A program made the position numbers and the translations under genes. From Raillietiella orientalis (Eukaryota), in assembly GCA_036172245.1 (NCBI GenBank), contig JAYWIR010000032.1:2294001-2358000 (forward strand): a stretch of 64,000 nt of DNA. The letters are read 5' to 3'. Positions within the stretch are counted from its first letter, which is position 1. Each line of letters begins with the position of its first letter. Shown one piece after another: positions 12,301-26,239 of the stretch. Below the pieces are notes generated by a model. That model had not been told where the DNA came from. It saw only the letters and a program-made list of their open reading frames with translations, and did not search any database.

Positions 12301-15300
12301 CCTGCTTGCAACGCTCACAATGAGGGCCATCTGTGTTTCCAGTACAGTCAATGCAGTGACCACCATGGCCTGTCTTCTCATAGAGATCCCGGTCAAAGAA
12401 GCACTGGTGGGCACGGCCACTACAGTTGCATGCTGGAAGAAGGTGGGTGGAGTGACCAATCCATGGGGTTGGGTAAGGAAAGTCCTCCTGTGTCCTGCTG
12501 TCTCCCCTTCAGCCCAGCCTGCATACACCTGTAGTGTAGTAGCAGGGATCGAAGAAAGTAGGAAGGAAAAAAATGGGGGGGGGGGGGTTCAAATCGGTGC
12601 CTCCCCGTAAAAGACCACGAAATACAACATTAATAAAAGGAAAAGGGGCAATCACCAGAGACCTAGAGTTACGAGTAGCCTTCCAAGGTGGAATGACCTC
12701 ACTGTGACATTACAGAACGAGACATGAAAGCCCGTGCTACGCCTGCGCTTCCGTTCGTGTTGTTTTTTCTCCGCATGACGACAAAAAAAAAAAAAAGGAA
12801 CCGCGATCCCAAGCTCCACCGTTTCAGTAACGCCGCTACGAGCGCTCAGGCGGCAGTCCTCATGAAGAAGGCGGCTTCTCCGCTCGTGTCACGTGCTGGA
12901 CAGCGTGCTCCCCCCCTCGGTAGGCTGCTCTGCAAAGGCGGTGGCAGAGGGCGCGAGCTGAGGACCTGGCTGCTGTTGTTACCTTGACACTCGTGGGCAT
13001 CTGTGGCAGTGGCCCTGTGCCAAGGGAGATCATTGAACAGGGGCAGGCACTCGTTGCATTCGCGGCCCGCGGTGTTGTGCTCGCAGATGCACTCAAGCGA
13101 GGGGCTGTCGTCAAAGTTGGGGACTTTGACGCACTCAAAGGCGTGGCCATTGCATTTGCACCTGGGGGAGAGAGAGGGGAGCAAGGAAGGAGGCGTTCGC
13201 TGTCACCGTCCTAAGCCCTACCTTCCTCCCACAGCGAACTCGCTGATGGCGTAGTAGTAGGATTTGAGCACTTTGTCGTCTCCGAATAGTTCATCGCCAA
13301 AGGTGTTCATCCGATCCAGCACGATTCGGATATGGGTCGCGGTCACCCATTCCTACAGGAGGAAGAAAATGGGAAAAACGAAACAGGGAAGGTGGGAAGT
13401 GCTGATCGCCTGGCATCACCCTATAGATCTGACGTACCTGGAGCTCGGGGCTCGAGTCGAACTCGTAGGCGCTGGGCCGGTTCTCCAGAGTGCTGAAGGC
13501 CACGCTGCCGCCAGACAGCGGGGAAATGTCCGAGTAGTCCTTGCTGCAGGTGGCCCTGGCCTCGTCTCCCTTTCGGATACTCGTGATGCTGGGGATGCTG
13601 TAGGTGGAGCGGCAGGAAGAGCTGGAATGAGAAAGAGTGGAAAAGAGGTTGCTTCGGAAGCCTGGTGTAGTGACGGTTGGAGGCCTGAAGTGAAGAACGT
13701 CGAATCCATGAGACATCCGGTCTCCGAAGAGGGAAGATCAGGGCGAGGAGGAAGAGAGAAGGGGCCTCACCTGTAGTACTGGTAAGGTATCCAGGGACCG
13801 TCTTCATGGGTCTTCTTGTAGATGGCGAAACTTTCCGGGCGAGGAGACTGGAACTTCAGACGGATGTAGGTAATGTCAAACGCCTTTCCTGGAAAGGCAA
13901 AAGGATGGGAATGGTGAAAAGAATCCCAGAGAAAAGTGTAGGTGGAGGAGGAAGGGGCATTCGTTATGACACGCCTCCCTGCTCCTCCTCTGCTGTTTCT
14001 TGTGCGATTCCATCGCCGTGTAAAGGAGAGACAAACCAGCTGAGAGGGAACTCGTGAGGGAAGTGACGAGAAGCTCCGAAGGAGCCCTGAAGCAAAACGT
14101 ATGCAAGCACTACGCTAATGAGGCGAAGAGCACGGACACGGCCGAAGAGCTAATCAGACGCGCCGAAGACAGGAAGGCGCAGTAAGGCAAGCCTCCCGAG
14201 CATGTGCATCCTCGAATCATCATTCCCACATCCCGATCCCACTGCTGCCGTTCCCACTACCCCAGTGTGACAGCTCACGTAACCTCTCACCGCACCAATA
14301 CCACCCTACCTCCGATGCGTTCGCCTCCCTCCGCTCGCCACCGGACACCAGGAACGGCCAGGTGGTTTCGTCGAGGAAGAGGAGACCGACTCGAGGTCAG
14401 CTTCTGGCCAGTCACCCACCAACGGTGGCACCGAAACATATCCGAGCAAGCGGATGCCGATGTCCGTCCTCTGGTCGAAAGAACCTGCTCGCGGCGCGAA
14501 CAGGAACTACAGGAAAGTAGCGGCAGTTATCCGGAAGAGGTCGCAAGGCCCGAAAGAGCCACAAGGGCCATGCCTGGCTTCCAAGCTACCACAATGTTAG
14601 GGAGACCCTAGGATTTCGTCTTTTCGCCCCTTTAAAAGAGGAGGGCAACTCTGCTTCCTGGAGAACGCTGCTGGAACGACGGCGGCGAGAGAGAATATTA
14701 AAGAGAGCCATGATGGATCAATCCATGGCTCTCTTTAATAGAGAGATCATGTGGTTGCCCAACTCCCTCCTTAAGGAAGAGGATATCCTCCGTCAGTTCC
14801 GCTCTCTTATTTCTTCACGGAGCCCGGCCAACCTTTCGACGACGCATCCAAGTCGAACCTCGAGGCATCGATGCCTAACCTCATCCCCCGAGTAAGGAGG
14901 AGAGATAGATCGCTGCTTCTGACGCAGCTCTCTCTACATTAGCTATCTACTCTCGTGGATGACGTGCCCTTCATTCAGTCGAAAAGGACTTTCCCCTTCG
15001 ACCCACGGTGCTGCCCTCCCTGAAAACCCTTTTGGCGTAGCACTGTTTCTGAAGAGTCCACTCGGGAAGCAGCAGAAAAGCCCCTCCGCGGAGGTTGAGA
15101 GGGAGGGAAGGATCCGGAGCTCACCGAAGTATATGGTCAGGTTGACCTGCTGGTACTCATCTCGGACACCGTGGTACATGGTTTCCGACTGCCACCACGT
15201 TTCGGTTCCCTGCTGCAGGTCCGTGAGGTACTCCGGAGGGTGGGCGAGCTCGGGAACGAAGTTGTCGCAGAACTCGCACGGGATCTCCTCGTCCCGGAGC

Positions 15301-16045
15301 CCGGAAGGGGTTTGGCGGCAGAACTCCTGCCTGTACCTCATGCCACACGTGTTCGTCACGTCGACCTTCTGTTGGAACGCCGGGTTCATGAATTCCGGCA
15401 TGCATCTCTGGAAACGTGAGACGGTGAAAGATTCCAGTGCCCGCGGAGCGCCGCGGAAGCGGGAACGCTGGCACACTTTCGTGCCGCGCGGGATGAGTGC
15501 CCCCCCCCCCCCTAGGCTTTTCAGGGATCGGTTTCTTCGTCCGCGGGTGGCGAGTTCGTCGCCGGAGAAGGTTTCCTCCCCCGCGAGCAACGCGCGCTCC
15601 TCCCGGACTTGAAGCAGACGGGCTGCGTCCCCCCCCCCCCGGCACTCGCCGCGCCGCGCCAAGCGACGGCTATCGGATCGCAGACTTGGCAACAGCAAGC
15701 GACGAGAGCGACCTGGCAACGAGGCGTCTGCAGATCACCCGACGACCACTCGATTTGAGAGGAGCGGCAGCGACGGCACGGAGAAAGCGAAAGCGGCAAG
15801 GGGGCCGCCGAATGTCGGTCATTACGCCGGCGGACGCGGCGGCGTAGCCGCACAAAAACAAAAGGGCGACGACACGCTACCTGTGCTTTTCCCAGTTCGT
15901 CATAGCAGCTCACCGCACTCTGACACCCCACACGCTGCACACTTTGCAAAAACACAGGGAGGCACAGCAGGAACACTTTGCCAAGCGCGGTTCCGAGCGC
16001 GCGAGCGCGCGAGCCCGCCGCACCACCCTGACACCCGCTCGCCAT
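6383..16045 (-). CDS. LanB2: Laminin gamma chain (laminin gamma-1 / LanB2 ortholog), multi-exon
   Basis: Exon 1 (16045-15881) encodes a signal peptide and CYDELGKAQ. The LN domain includes RCMPEF, WWQSETM and [39 protein letters not shown]. These are followed by LE repeats, an L4 domain, the nidogen-binding NVDPNAV (~9980-10000) and a coiled coil. The protein ends [13 protein letters not shown] (stop 6385-6383). The introns I checked are GT-AG. Confidence 0.97.
14300..14950 (+). mobile_element. RT fragment in laminin intron 2 (antisense to host)
   Basis: [11 protein letters not shown] (~14600-14635) resembles KGD...NYRPISL, followed by MMDQSMALF and a KAFD-like segment; frameshifted. Confidence 0.4.
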
Positions 16046-19000
16046 CTTGGCAGGCACTGGTTTTCCGTTCACTGGTGGGGTGCAGTGGATTGGGTTTCGT
16101 GCTAAAAATAAAGAAAAAAAAAAAAAAAAAGATTCTTCCCGGCGGCGGCACCGCTGCTCCTCCGCGCGCGGAGGTACTCTTCGGCGGATGCAGCAGCAGC
16201 CCCCGGGAGATGCAACCCGTGCCCTCGGTGGGAGCTCCCGTTCCGCGCGCGGTCCGGAAAGTGGTTCACGTCACGCGCACCCTCCCCCCCCCCCCTCCCA
16301 AGGGAACGTGCGGGGAGCGCTCGCTGCTGCTCGGAGAAGAAGAAGCGCCGTTGCCCTCCGTGCTTGGGAGGCTGAAGGTGCACGGGAGTTTGGCGGTCCG
16401 GGCACGCGGTGCGTAGGCGGCCCAAAGGAACGCGTGCTTCGAAGGAAAGTCCACACCGGCGGAGACGCGGTTTCTTCGGCCGGTGGGAAGAGTGTGTGGT
16501 CGTGTGGCAGCTATCTCCTGCCACAAGGGATCGTGCGTTCCTCGCAAACGATCCTTCGTAGTGTGCCTGCGAGAGGGACTTGCGGGGTGCTCGGAGATCC
16601 CGGCGACCCGGATGCAGTCGTGCAGCCTCCTGCGAGCGTCCTCTTCGGGAATCGTCGCGGCGGAGTGGGAAACGCTCCTCCCAGGGCACAAATTGCTTCC
16701 CGTTGATAATCATCCGCAACGGACAAAAAGTGAACTGCTGGCATTTTTGTGTGTGCGACTGTCACTACAGACTGCTTCTAGGACTGCCTTCGTACAGGTC
16801 TCCTCTTGTCATTTCACGGTGTGGAATTTGCCAGTTGCAGCGATAAGAGTTGTGGCAATTGCGAATCGAAAACTGCGGAAGTTGGTTTGTTCGTTCGTTT
16901 TTTTTTTTTTTTTTTTTTCTGTTCCCTGTTGCATCCTTCCTTGGTTCCTGCACACAAAAAAAATTCTCGTGGAGGGTTTTGCCGAAAAAGTATGGGTGCT
17001 GTTCATATGGAAAGCTAAAGTTGCAAAAATGAATGTTGCTTCTTTCATCCCCCGCCTCCCCCCCCCCCTTTTTTTTTTCGTTTCCCTTAGAAGCCTCATG
17101 GTACCAGCAAAGATGCAGGACCGCGCTTTCCAGCATCCGTACAGAGCTTCGGACGCTAAGCCGTCGAAAGCGAGTCACGGCGTGCCCGCGCAAAAAGGGA
17201 TTTCAAGTTCGTTACGGATTAAGTTCTTGCCACGAAGTCTCCCCCCCCCCCCCCTCTCTCTCTCCTGACGCAACAATTCAAGTCTGCATGCCAGACTTCC
17301 TGCTGCTCCTGTAGATCTCAGAGAGCGGTGGTCACCTGGGGCGCGGCGGAGCAGTTCGGAGATGCGTCGTCGGCGGTATGTCGCGTTACCCCAAGTGCGG
17401 TCGTGACGAGGCTTGTTGCAGCCCTCCGATCTTCATCACGCTGCACCTAGCGACGGGCTGCTGCCCGCGTAGAGGGTGCACCCCCCCATCCCCACCCCCG
17501 GTTCATCGGGTCAGTGAAGTGCTGGCAGTTGGGAGCTCACCCACTTGGCGGCAGCGTGATCGAAGAAGGCTTTCGTAGGAAGGCCGCCCGGGGCACGGAA
17601 ACGGCAGCAACCCAGGGACAGGAACACGCGGTGGATCGTGGTGCAAGCAGTGAGTGGCCTAGGAGGGGAGAAGAGTGGAGTCCGTGTGCGCCGCTGCCGG
17701 TTCTCACTTTTCCGGCCTTTGCCTGTTCTGTTTGTTTTGCCCGGTTTGACCTCTTCCGCTCTTGGTGCGCGAAACGGGAAACGGCCGCAGGGGAGGTCAG
17801 AGACGCGCGCCTGTGGCCTTCGCCGAACGCGTTTGTGCGCCTGCCGTCCTCGGGACGTGGCAGCCAGGGGTCCTGATCGGGACGCGTTCGGGATGCAAGC
17901 GGAAGACGACGTCAGGATGCGGCTGCATCTGCCGCCGCCACGTGATCTCGCTCTTAGGGGGCACTCGGGGTTGCCCTCTTGCTGTTTCGTTCCCTCCGCC
18001 GGGCCAGCGCGCCCTCGGATTCAAACTGTTCGCAGTGGAGGGAACGAACCACATACTTTCAAAGTCGGGCCTTTTCCGGGGGGTGGGGGTGGGGGGACAA
18101 GCAAAAACAACAACAGAACCGGTCGTTGCCGGCGTTTTCCTCTGCTCCTCCTCCAAAACATCCTCTCCTGCTTCCACCTCCTGCAGTGGGTTGCCCCATC
18201 TCTGAAAATCGGAAAAATGTTCCCTTTCCCGGAGTAAAACCGAAGCTGGGCGAAGTGGCCTGCGTTCTTCGATTTTCCCATTTTTTCAGTGCCGGAGGCC
18301 CTTTCCCTCGGAGAGTACGGACCGACAGACGCTTTTCGGAGCACCCTTCCGCCCGTCGGCGGAACTCTGAGAGGTTTTCGCGTGTACTGCAACTTTCCTC
18401 TCCGCCTCTGATGTTGACATGGGGGCAGCGCCGTCGGGTGTGGCCACCGTTCGCTGTGTCATGGCTATGTCATCAGCGCCAGCGGCCGCCTCAAGACATG
18501 TCGAAGGCGCAGACTCCGGCATGTCTTCCCTGCAGACTTTTTTTCTTCTTATCGCTTCCCTCCGGTGCTGAGCGCAAAGCATGTGGGTAATCCACCGCGT
18601 AGGAAGAGACAAGGGAAGGAGGCACGTGGGCGGCGTCCCTGCGCCCCTCTCTGCAGTTGTAGGCGCTCCTGCGGTCGTCTGCGGCGTTCCTCCTTTTCTC
18701 CTCAGACGATAGGCCGAAGTTTCTTTCTTGTACGTATGTCTCGCGGAGCTGTAATCTGCAGCTTGCCTAGCTCTTGCCGTACCTGTTGATTGCGTCGTGG
18801 CGGGTCCTGCTACGCAGACGGCGTGCCTCAGAGGACGCACTGGACCAGCTGGGATCTGCAGTATCCTGAAGTTCATCCTCCTGACCATCGCCTGCGGTCA
18901 GCGGGTTGCTTTTTTCGTTGTTGTTGCTTGCTCTCCATCCTCGCCGAACCATGTGCGGCTTACCAGTTGCAAAGAAGCATCACAGGAGATCTCTCTTGCC

Positions 19001-19899
19001 CCTTCTGGCCCCACGAAGCACCTCTGGTGCTAATATCTGGGCGAGGCGATTCTCCCTCTGCCTTTCCGGAAATCCCAAGAATTGCCGTCGTTCCGGTGCG
19101 GTCGGCACTCTTTGCAATCTCCGATGACCAGGAGGATTCGTGGTCATCCCGCTGTCCCCGCTGATAGGGACGAAAGGAAAGAACCGAATCTGGCCTCATC
19201 TTCCCTTGTCCGCGGCACTTTGCTTCCACAGGAGCGCGAATCCTCGGTAAGCAGCGGCGCTCCGTGAGAGCTTCGAGTCAGAGGCGCGCAAGAGCTTCAG
19301 AGTGGCACTGCAGGACCCTCAAGAGTCGCATCTGGGCTCCAGGGTGCAGTTTGTTTCGTTCCGGAAACGGCTTCCAGGCATCAGTTTGTCTCTTCGCCAC
19401 CACCACCAACCTCAGTCGCACGGGGAAAGGGTTGGCACGACCCTCGTCATTCGTCGCTGATCACGTAGGCTGTGCATTTGTTTGTCTTCCTCTTTGCGAA
19501 GCACTACGAAGGATAGTCGCCAAGGGCTATTCGACGGTCGTTCTTATGTGCCTCCGCGGAAGCCCACCTTGCAACAAGTGAGACCGTGCACTCTCTACGA
19601 ATCTGGACCGCATCCTTGTCCCAAAGACAGAGGGAACAGATCTTCGGGCGGCTTGACCCCCATCCTTATGTGATGGTGACTTGAGCTGTAGCAGTCGGAG
19701 AAATGCTGCCGAAATCCCGTCTTCCGGGGAGGAATTACCCTGTGAGAAATAGAGTTTGTGAGACCCTGTGGTCCACCGACCACCGCTAGCCAGGGGGGTT
19801 GCGTGCAACTTCTTTTCGAACGCATTCAAGTGATGGAAGGTGACTTCCGGCTCTTTGCGATGTCCGTCCGTCGATTCGTCGTTGCAGCTAACAACAAGT

Positions 19900-21450
19900 A
19901 GCATTAGTAGGCTGGCGCTGTGCTTCCCATTTGTGGCACGAATAAACCAAGGGTCTCGTCGTGCTTACGAAGAATGGGTATGAGAGTTGTGAAACTTCTG
20001 AACTAAGATCCCGCAGAAGCGCCGTTTTACTTTAGAATCGTCAGCAGAGGAATGTCTATGTCAAGAAGGAGCAGCGCAAGTACCGTCGTCACCGGGGAGA
20101 CGCTTTTAGGTTCCAGTTATATTCGGAATCCTCCATCTCTGACACGCATCTTGAAAGCACTTGTTTGGCGGCATCCTGAGAAGGTACATTTGCGTTTCTA
20201 CCAACTTTGAGACATCCGCCGTGTGAACACAGCGGACAGGCTCGCCCTTTTGCCTGCCAGCACCTCCGCCGTCAGCGCCCGCAGTCCCGCCACTGGCAGT
20301 CTTGGGAGAGGTGGGGATCATCGATTACGCCGTGTCATAATGTGCGCTTCTCCATGCGCGAAACACCAACCGTGTGATGTTATTCCCCGGTTATAAATCT
20401 TACTATGCAGGACAGCTTCTTCCATAAAGGACACAATGGCGCAGCTCGGCACAGCGCACTGCCATCCAAAGCCCGAAATCCCGTTGGCCTGAACGAAAAG
20501 CATCCGTTCACACCTCACGTACAAGGAAGCATAGTGCACACGATATGCATGAAGTCGCGCGTACACTCGAGCCTCCTGCACATCTACGTTTTCCATGATG
20601 TGCAGAATAAGTTCTTCTTGCCTACAAGGAGGATTGGTGAGCAGATGTCTCTCTATTTGAAGGGTCGAGGCGCGCAGCCATGTGAGCGTTTGAGCACACT
20701 CGCAATGGTGCGGTGCGGACTGGACACGGAAGGGGTTTCTGGGCGCTCCATTTGCTAAGAGAGGAGTTAGCTGAATGCCCACACTTCGGGTTCTTCTAAT
20801 CGGACGCAGGAAACCCTCGAACCCTGCAGCCATTGTGTCGCACGAGGAGTGTGGCGTACATACGGCAAACTATGCGCGCGCGCCTTTACACACAGGACAG
20901 ACCGATACGAGAATATGTGCTTCACCCCCACCCACCCCTTTCCCGAAGCCATGGGACGAGTTCCCTTGCCAGTCTTCGAGGAGGAAGGGAGAACGGGTCT
21001 AACCCAATCGAGGCTTCCGGGCGGATGCGTGATGGAGAAATTGCGAAAACGAGGCGCAGCCCACTGCTCCTCGAAGACAAGCTTCGCGCACTTCAGGTTG
21101 ACACCGGGCCCAGCGGCATGGTTGCAGTGCTGCGGATCACAGCATCCTCCCCATCACTTCGTCCCTGCAGCTTCCGATCGCGCCCCCCGTTCTTAGCGAC
21201 GGCGGGACCGCTAACCATCGGTGCACGCCGGAGATCCATAAATAGTACTTTCCTGCAGCTTTTCCCACCCCAGGGCGAACACCTTTGTGCAAAACCCGCG
21301 TTCCGAGCGGGCTAGCAAATGCCTTTGAAAATGCAAAAGAGCTTGAGATGATTTTAGGGCGGCACGCTTCGGCGTGGGGCGGCGCGGATCCTGGATGCGT
21401 GCGTAGGGCGGGTGCGTCATGTGGACGCACCTTCCACAACCCATGCGTGC
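19900..21450 (-). mobile_element. Degenerate RTE-like RT and C-terminal region
   Basis: RPKIISSSFAFSKAF (~21320-21360). ORF 20318-20833 LHAYRV...ERML...GFGW...HSKIYNRGI follows the YADD / LQxML / GLxIN / KYLG order. ORF 20106-20321 NKCFQDACQRWRIPN resembles the RTE CLRxI..RIxN tail. Confidence 0.5.
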
Positions 21451-21795
21451 GTTTATTTTCAGTTCACAACACTTAAACCGTGCATGTCACATTTGTAATG
21501 CGCCCGAAAGGCGAACGCGACACAAACGACATGGCACAGATCTCCAAATAAACAAATATGGCTGCTCTTGCCGTTGCATTTACATTTTATTTCTCAATCT
21601 AAGGTTTTTTTTTTTTTTTCTTTTTTTCGAGGATGCTTCTTCCTTATTCTGTATAACCATGTGATAATGAACAAAACGCCAAACAAAAGTTAAAAAATGA
21701 AGAAACCAAACATGCGCTGTGAAGCAGATGCCTACATTCACAACCTCATGTTGTATGAAAATATTTTTTTTACTGTAAAGAAACAACACCACATC

Positions 21796-24700
21796 CTAAA
21801 TGTGCACACCCTGTGCTGTTTGGTGCCGTTCAACTTCTTCCAGTGATAGTGCTCTATGTGTAGGTACTGGAGGAAGATTAGGAAGTTTCTGGGCTTGCAT
21901 GAAAATATCAGCTCCTCTTAACCGAGTAACTGGCTTTTCTTTATGGTTTGCAGGGCCAGACTGGGCTGGTTTAACTGGAGTTGAAAACAGCTGCTGTTGC
22001 TGTTTGTTGATAATGTCCCCTGGATCTATCTTGGGCCTCCAGGAAGAGGGCATTCCTAACCCAGGAGGAGGGCCTGCAGCAGGGAATAGCAAAGTCAGAT
22101 CTGTGGCATCATCTCTGCACAACAGCAGACCTGGGAAAACTGAAGGATGCATCCCAATTGACAGTGGAACTCCAATGAAGGGATGTGAAGATCTGATGGG
22201 GGTGTAAGTTCCCAAAGATTGATGGACAACTGGGCAGAGGAGACGTGGTTGCATAGAAGCTGCAGTTGACTTTGACTGCAAGTCAGGTAGCCAGATGGAC
22301 TGACTGATGGTGCAGTTCTGGATCTCTCTATCCTGCTTTTCCTGTTTCTCACAAGGATTTGCAGGACTTATAGGAATCCGATCTTTTAAAGAATGGTAAC
22401 ATTACAAAGTAAAAATATGAAAAGCTCACTTTTTTTGCCATTATTCTGATTGCTATCACATGCATTTGCATGGAGTGCTGTTTCTGGATCTTGGTCTGTG
22501 TTCTTCTCTAGAGCCTGCCTCCTTATGACTGAAGTGGGTGTAAATGCCAGCGAAGTGGGATTTTTGGAAAGCAAGCCATCACCTGCTCCAAATAAGGCTG
22601 CAGGCATCTTCTGTGATGCACAGCTATGCAACACGCACTTTCAAATCACCCACATGAAAAAACTTACTTCTGCTGAAACATTTCCTGCTTGCGTCGAAAA
22701 TTCTCATTCTGCTGTTCCAGCTTACGTTTCAACAAGGCGCTCTGAAAAATTTGTTGTGTGTGTGCCCGTAATTCATGGGGTGAGGGGATGTGGTGAACAA
22801 CTGAAGAGGGATGAGGCATGGCAATCGGATGCAGTGATGTAGAATTTTGCATGAAAGAAGTTTGCTGACCAATCATGAGGGAAGACGCGTTACGATTGCA
22901 TTGGTCTAACAATACATGAGGTTGCTGGAACATGGGGGAATGCATGCTGTGCACTGGAGAAGAGCACCCGTTGCTCTGGTCAAACATGGACCATGAGGAT
23001 GACAGAGCATCCTTTGTCTGTTGCCAACTAAGTACTGAATTAAATAGATCACGATGCTGCTGCTGAAGGGAGGAGTTCTGTAAGTGCTGTAAAATATGTT
23101 GACGAGTAATCTGCCCAGAGTTCAATGCCAGAAGGAGCGAATGTGCTTCAGGCTTTCTCAAAATTTCCTTGCTGAAAGAACTTTGTGGCAACAACCCCGG
23201 AGGTTCCACTGTTTGCATCACATTATGTTTCTGGAATCAACATAAACACACAGTTATCGATGTGATCTGCACATTTACCAGTGACCATTCACCAAAGGAG
23301 GTACCAGGACCAGCTGATGGCATGTCACCAATCTCAGGATGAAGCATAGCATGCTGGCCACAAATTGCCATTCTGATTATGACTCATTCTAAAACTTACC
23401 TCTTTGGGGGTTCTGGCCTGGCGAGGTTGGATGCTAACAGGGGCACTGGTCATTTGAGAAAGCTAAGAATGGCAATGATAACCAATGCATGAGAAGATAC
23501 TCAATTCAAAAGCAAACGTTTTTACCAAGTTTTTGATTGTTTCCGCTTCCTTACTAAAACCAGTAAAAGGCTGTTTCAGTTCTTCCTGTGATTCCTCCTG
23601 ACCATGTCCAAAAAATCCAAGAGATGTCATGGGATTTTCATGCTTTTCTCTACAATTGTTTCCCACTTCCACTGATCCTGAAATATACTCATTAGAATTT
23701 GAGACTAGAAAAAAATTAATATAAAATCTTTTCATCTATCAATTTTTATGGCAAATTACCTTTATCACCTTCCCATGGTGCATTACCAGCATCAGTAGCA
23801 GAGCCATCATGCTGGAACCACTTGCTAAATCGGGAGCCTCGTGCTTCTCCCTTGTTTTCTTCAATTTCATCGAACATGCCAGACAGATTTCCATTTTCGA
23901 AAAACTCATTGATATCAAAGTTTCCAGATACTTTAGTCTCTCCCACATCGCCAGTTTTCAAGGATTCTAAAGCACTATTTTTCTCATTTTTATGTTTCCG
24001 ACGTCTATTTTTCTTTTCTTTTGCGGAATTCTTGGTTTCCTCCTCAAAACCTTTTAATTCTATGACCTCTGTTTGTGAGTTAGGGCCACCTGAATTAATT
24101 CCTTACTTTTTTTGTCACAATATGGTCTCTCTTACCAGAAAACCATTCAGGTTCGACATCATATTGGACAGGATTTTGGATGTAATTTGACTTAGGATGC
24201 TTTTTATCTAATTTGTCGGCATCCACGAAATAAACCCTGCTCTTCTTTTCATTTTTTCCAGAACCGATTTCGCCATTATGTTCCAGATGACGATTGGGAG
24301 TTCCTTTACGAACTTCCCTGCATGTGCATCAAATTTCTATCCTTAATCATAAACTTACCTATCCCAATCTAAGGAATTTTCGAACACACGAGAATTCGAA
24401 ACATGACATCCAGTTCCAAAACTGCGTCGCTGAGGGCTAAGAATCAGTCCATCCTGTTCTTCTTTAATTCGATCTTTAAGGTCAGCAAACTTCTTATCTG
24501 ATTTCTTCTTGACTTCTTTCACATTTACACAGCTAAACACTAACTTGACACTGAGATATGATGTGAAAGTCTATCATTTACCTATAATACAAAGGACTCA
24601 AATTGGGGGGCTCATGGAGCAAAGATTCTTCTCGAATTTTAATAATTTCTTCCTGGAAAAATGCACATTTATTGTTATTGTTATAAAAAACAATCATTTG

Positions 24701-26239
24701 AACATGTTTTTCACATATGCATTTCTACATATTTGAGGCATATACTTCATTTCCTGGTGAAGGAGAAAAATTAAGAGCAGTGAGCAATCAAAATGATGAA
24801 GTAACAAGCACTTCTATAAACCCAACTGATTTGCTAGCCCAAATCTGATAAATACTGTGACAATCACATGTTATGCCTAATAATAGCTGCTACCCTAAAA
24901 GGAACAAGTGTCCCAAAGCAGACAGCTACAAGGATAAATTAATAACATAGTTGAAACTGACAAATTTAGACTGACCCAAATCAAATTTTGGAAGCATTAT
25001 TTTTAAAGTGGATTCATTTCAGCATGATAGGTAAAGTGGTGGTTGTGTGATTACTTATAAAAAAGAACTAACACTTACAATCATGGAACAGGACAGCAAA
25101 TAGCAATGTGCTGAACAAACCTTCAACTCATCAATATTGAAAAAATGAAAAAAAAACTACTGCTCACCAAATAATTGAATTCAGCACATTCTTTTATAAA
25201 CAGTGAAATGCACAAACTATTATGTTCGATCTTCTTTTGGTTACTTTATAAAACATATAATGCTTTCTAGATGCAATGTCATACAGTAATGCAACCAACA
25301 ATCTAATCAGACATCAATAGCATACCACCTTACAAATGATAAGAAAAATTGTGAGAAATACAAAGAACGAATCAATTTATTGATTGATTATTTGTCAGTG
25401 CAGGGAGACTGGAAAAGGTATAGAAACTTTGTAGTATTCTTTTGTGTCTGTTAGCTGCTAGCAAACATAGTGCTGTTGCCATTCATATGTAAACATTTAT
25501 TATTCAAAGTTTACTGAATATTCTGCCCTATATTCCACATATGAAATTCAACTGTGGACTGAATTTCATATGTGAAATAATGAATACTCAAGTATTACTT
25601 AATAGCATCTCAAGTGACATGGTGGAATACTAACTTTACTTTCATGGTAATAGTAAGTGAATTAACTAACTTACTTTATCACATTACTGACACAATTTCC
25701 AATGATAAATAAAAATATACTTCCATTCACAAAAAGTTGCTTTTGGATACAAGAGAACAAGGTAATTTTCAACCCAAACATCAAATCACAATCATTTTCA
25801 CATGGAGAATCAGTAATCAAAACTATAAAGAACAAACCACATACAGTGACATGCATTCAAGTAATAATGCAATGATTTTGAAATGACAAAATTTGCATTC
25901 AAAAGGTGCAAAATTCAAACAATACATTATCAGAGGGTGGGATTGTTACCAAAACATAAGAAGAGACTTACTCTGGTATAGTGGTATTCTGCTTTTTTTG
26001 GTACCTTCTGATCATCCTCAGGCATGCAGTCATCATTTATATCTATCTGGACTATGCTTTGCACAAGTGTTGGGTCTACATCTTCTGAATCGTTATTACA
26101 TGGCTCGTCATCTAGAATCTCTATTTAAATGGAGAAAACTTTAAATGAGACATTTTTATGATTACTCAGGTCGCTTACCCGAACTAACATCTTCTTCAGT
26201 GGAATTATGTCTGTTTTTTTTTGTATGAAGATTAGTCAT
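21796..26239 (-). CDS. EIF4ENIF1: eIF4E transporter (4E-T / EIF4ENIF1), multi-exon
   Basis: Exons 26239-26179, 26120-25972 and 24652-24582 splice in phase to give HYTR|EEIIKIRE (eIF4E-binding site). Also present: LSPQRRSFGTGCHV, the Cup-homology domain EPEWFSG|GPNSQTEVIELKGF, GSRFSKWF, FTPTSVIRR and the C-terminal ALSLEEVER. Confidence 0.93.

Noticed and set aside
24600..24652. Apparent frameshift in 4E-T (alternative reading YTRKKLL)
   Set aside because: Resolved by the phase-0 upstream exon ending at 25972; no frameshift is needed.
24790..24850. Box C/D-like TGATGA...CTGA
   Set aside because: Too short, and antisense to the host 4E-T intron.
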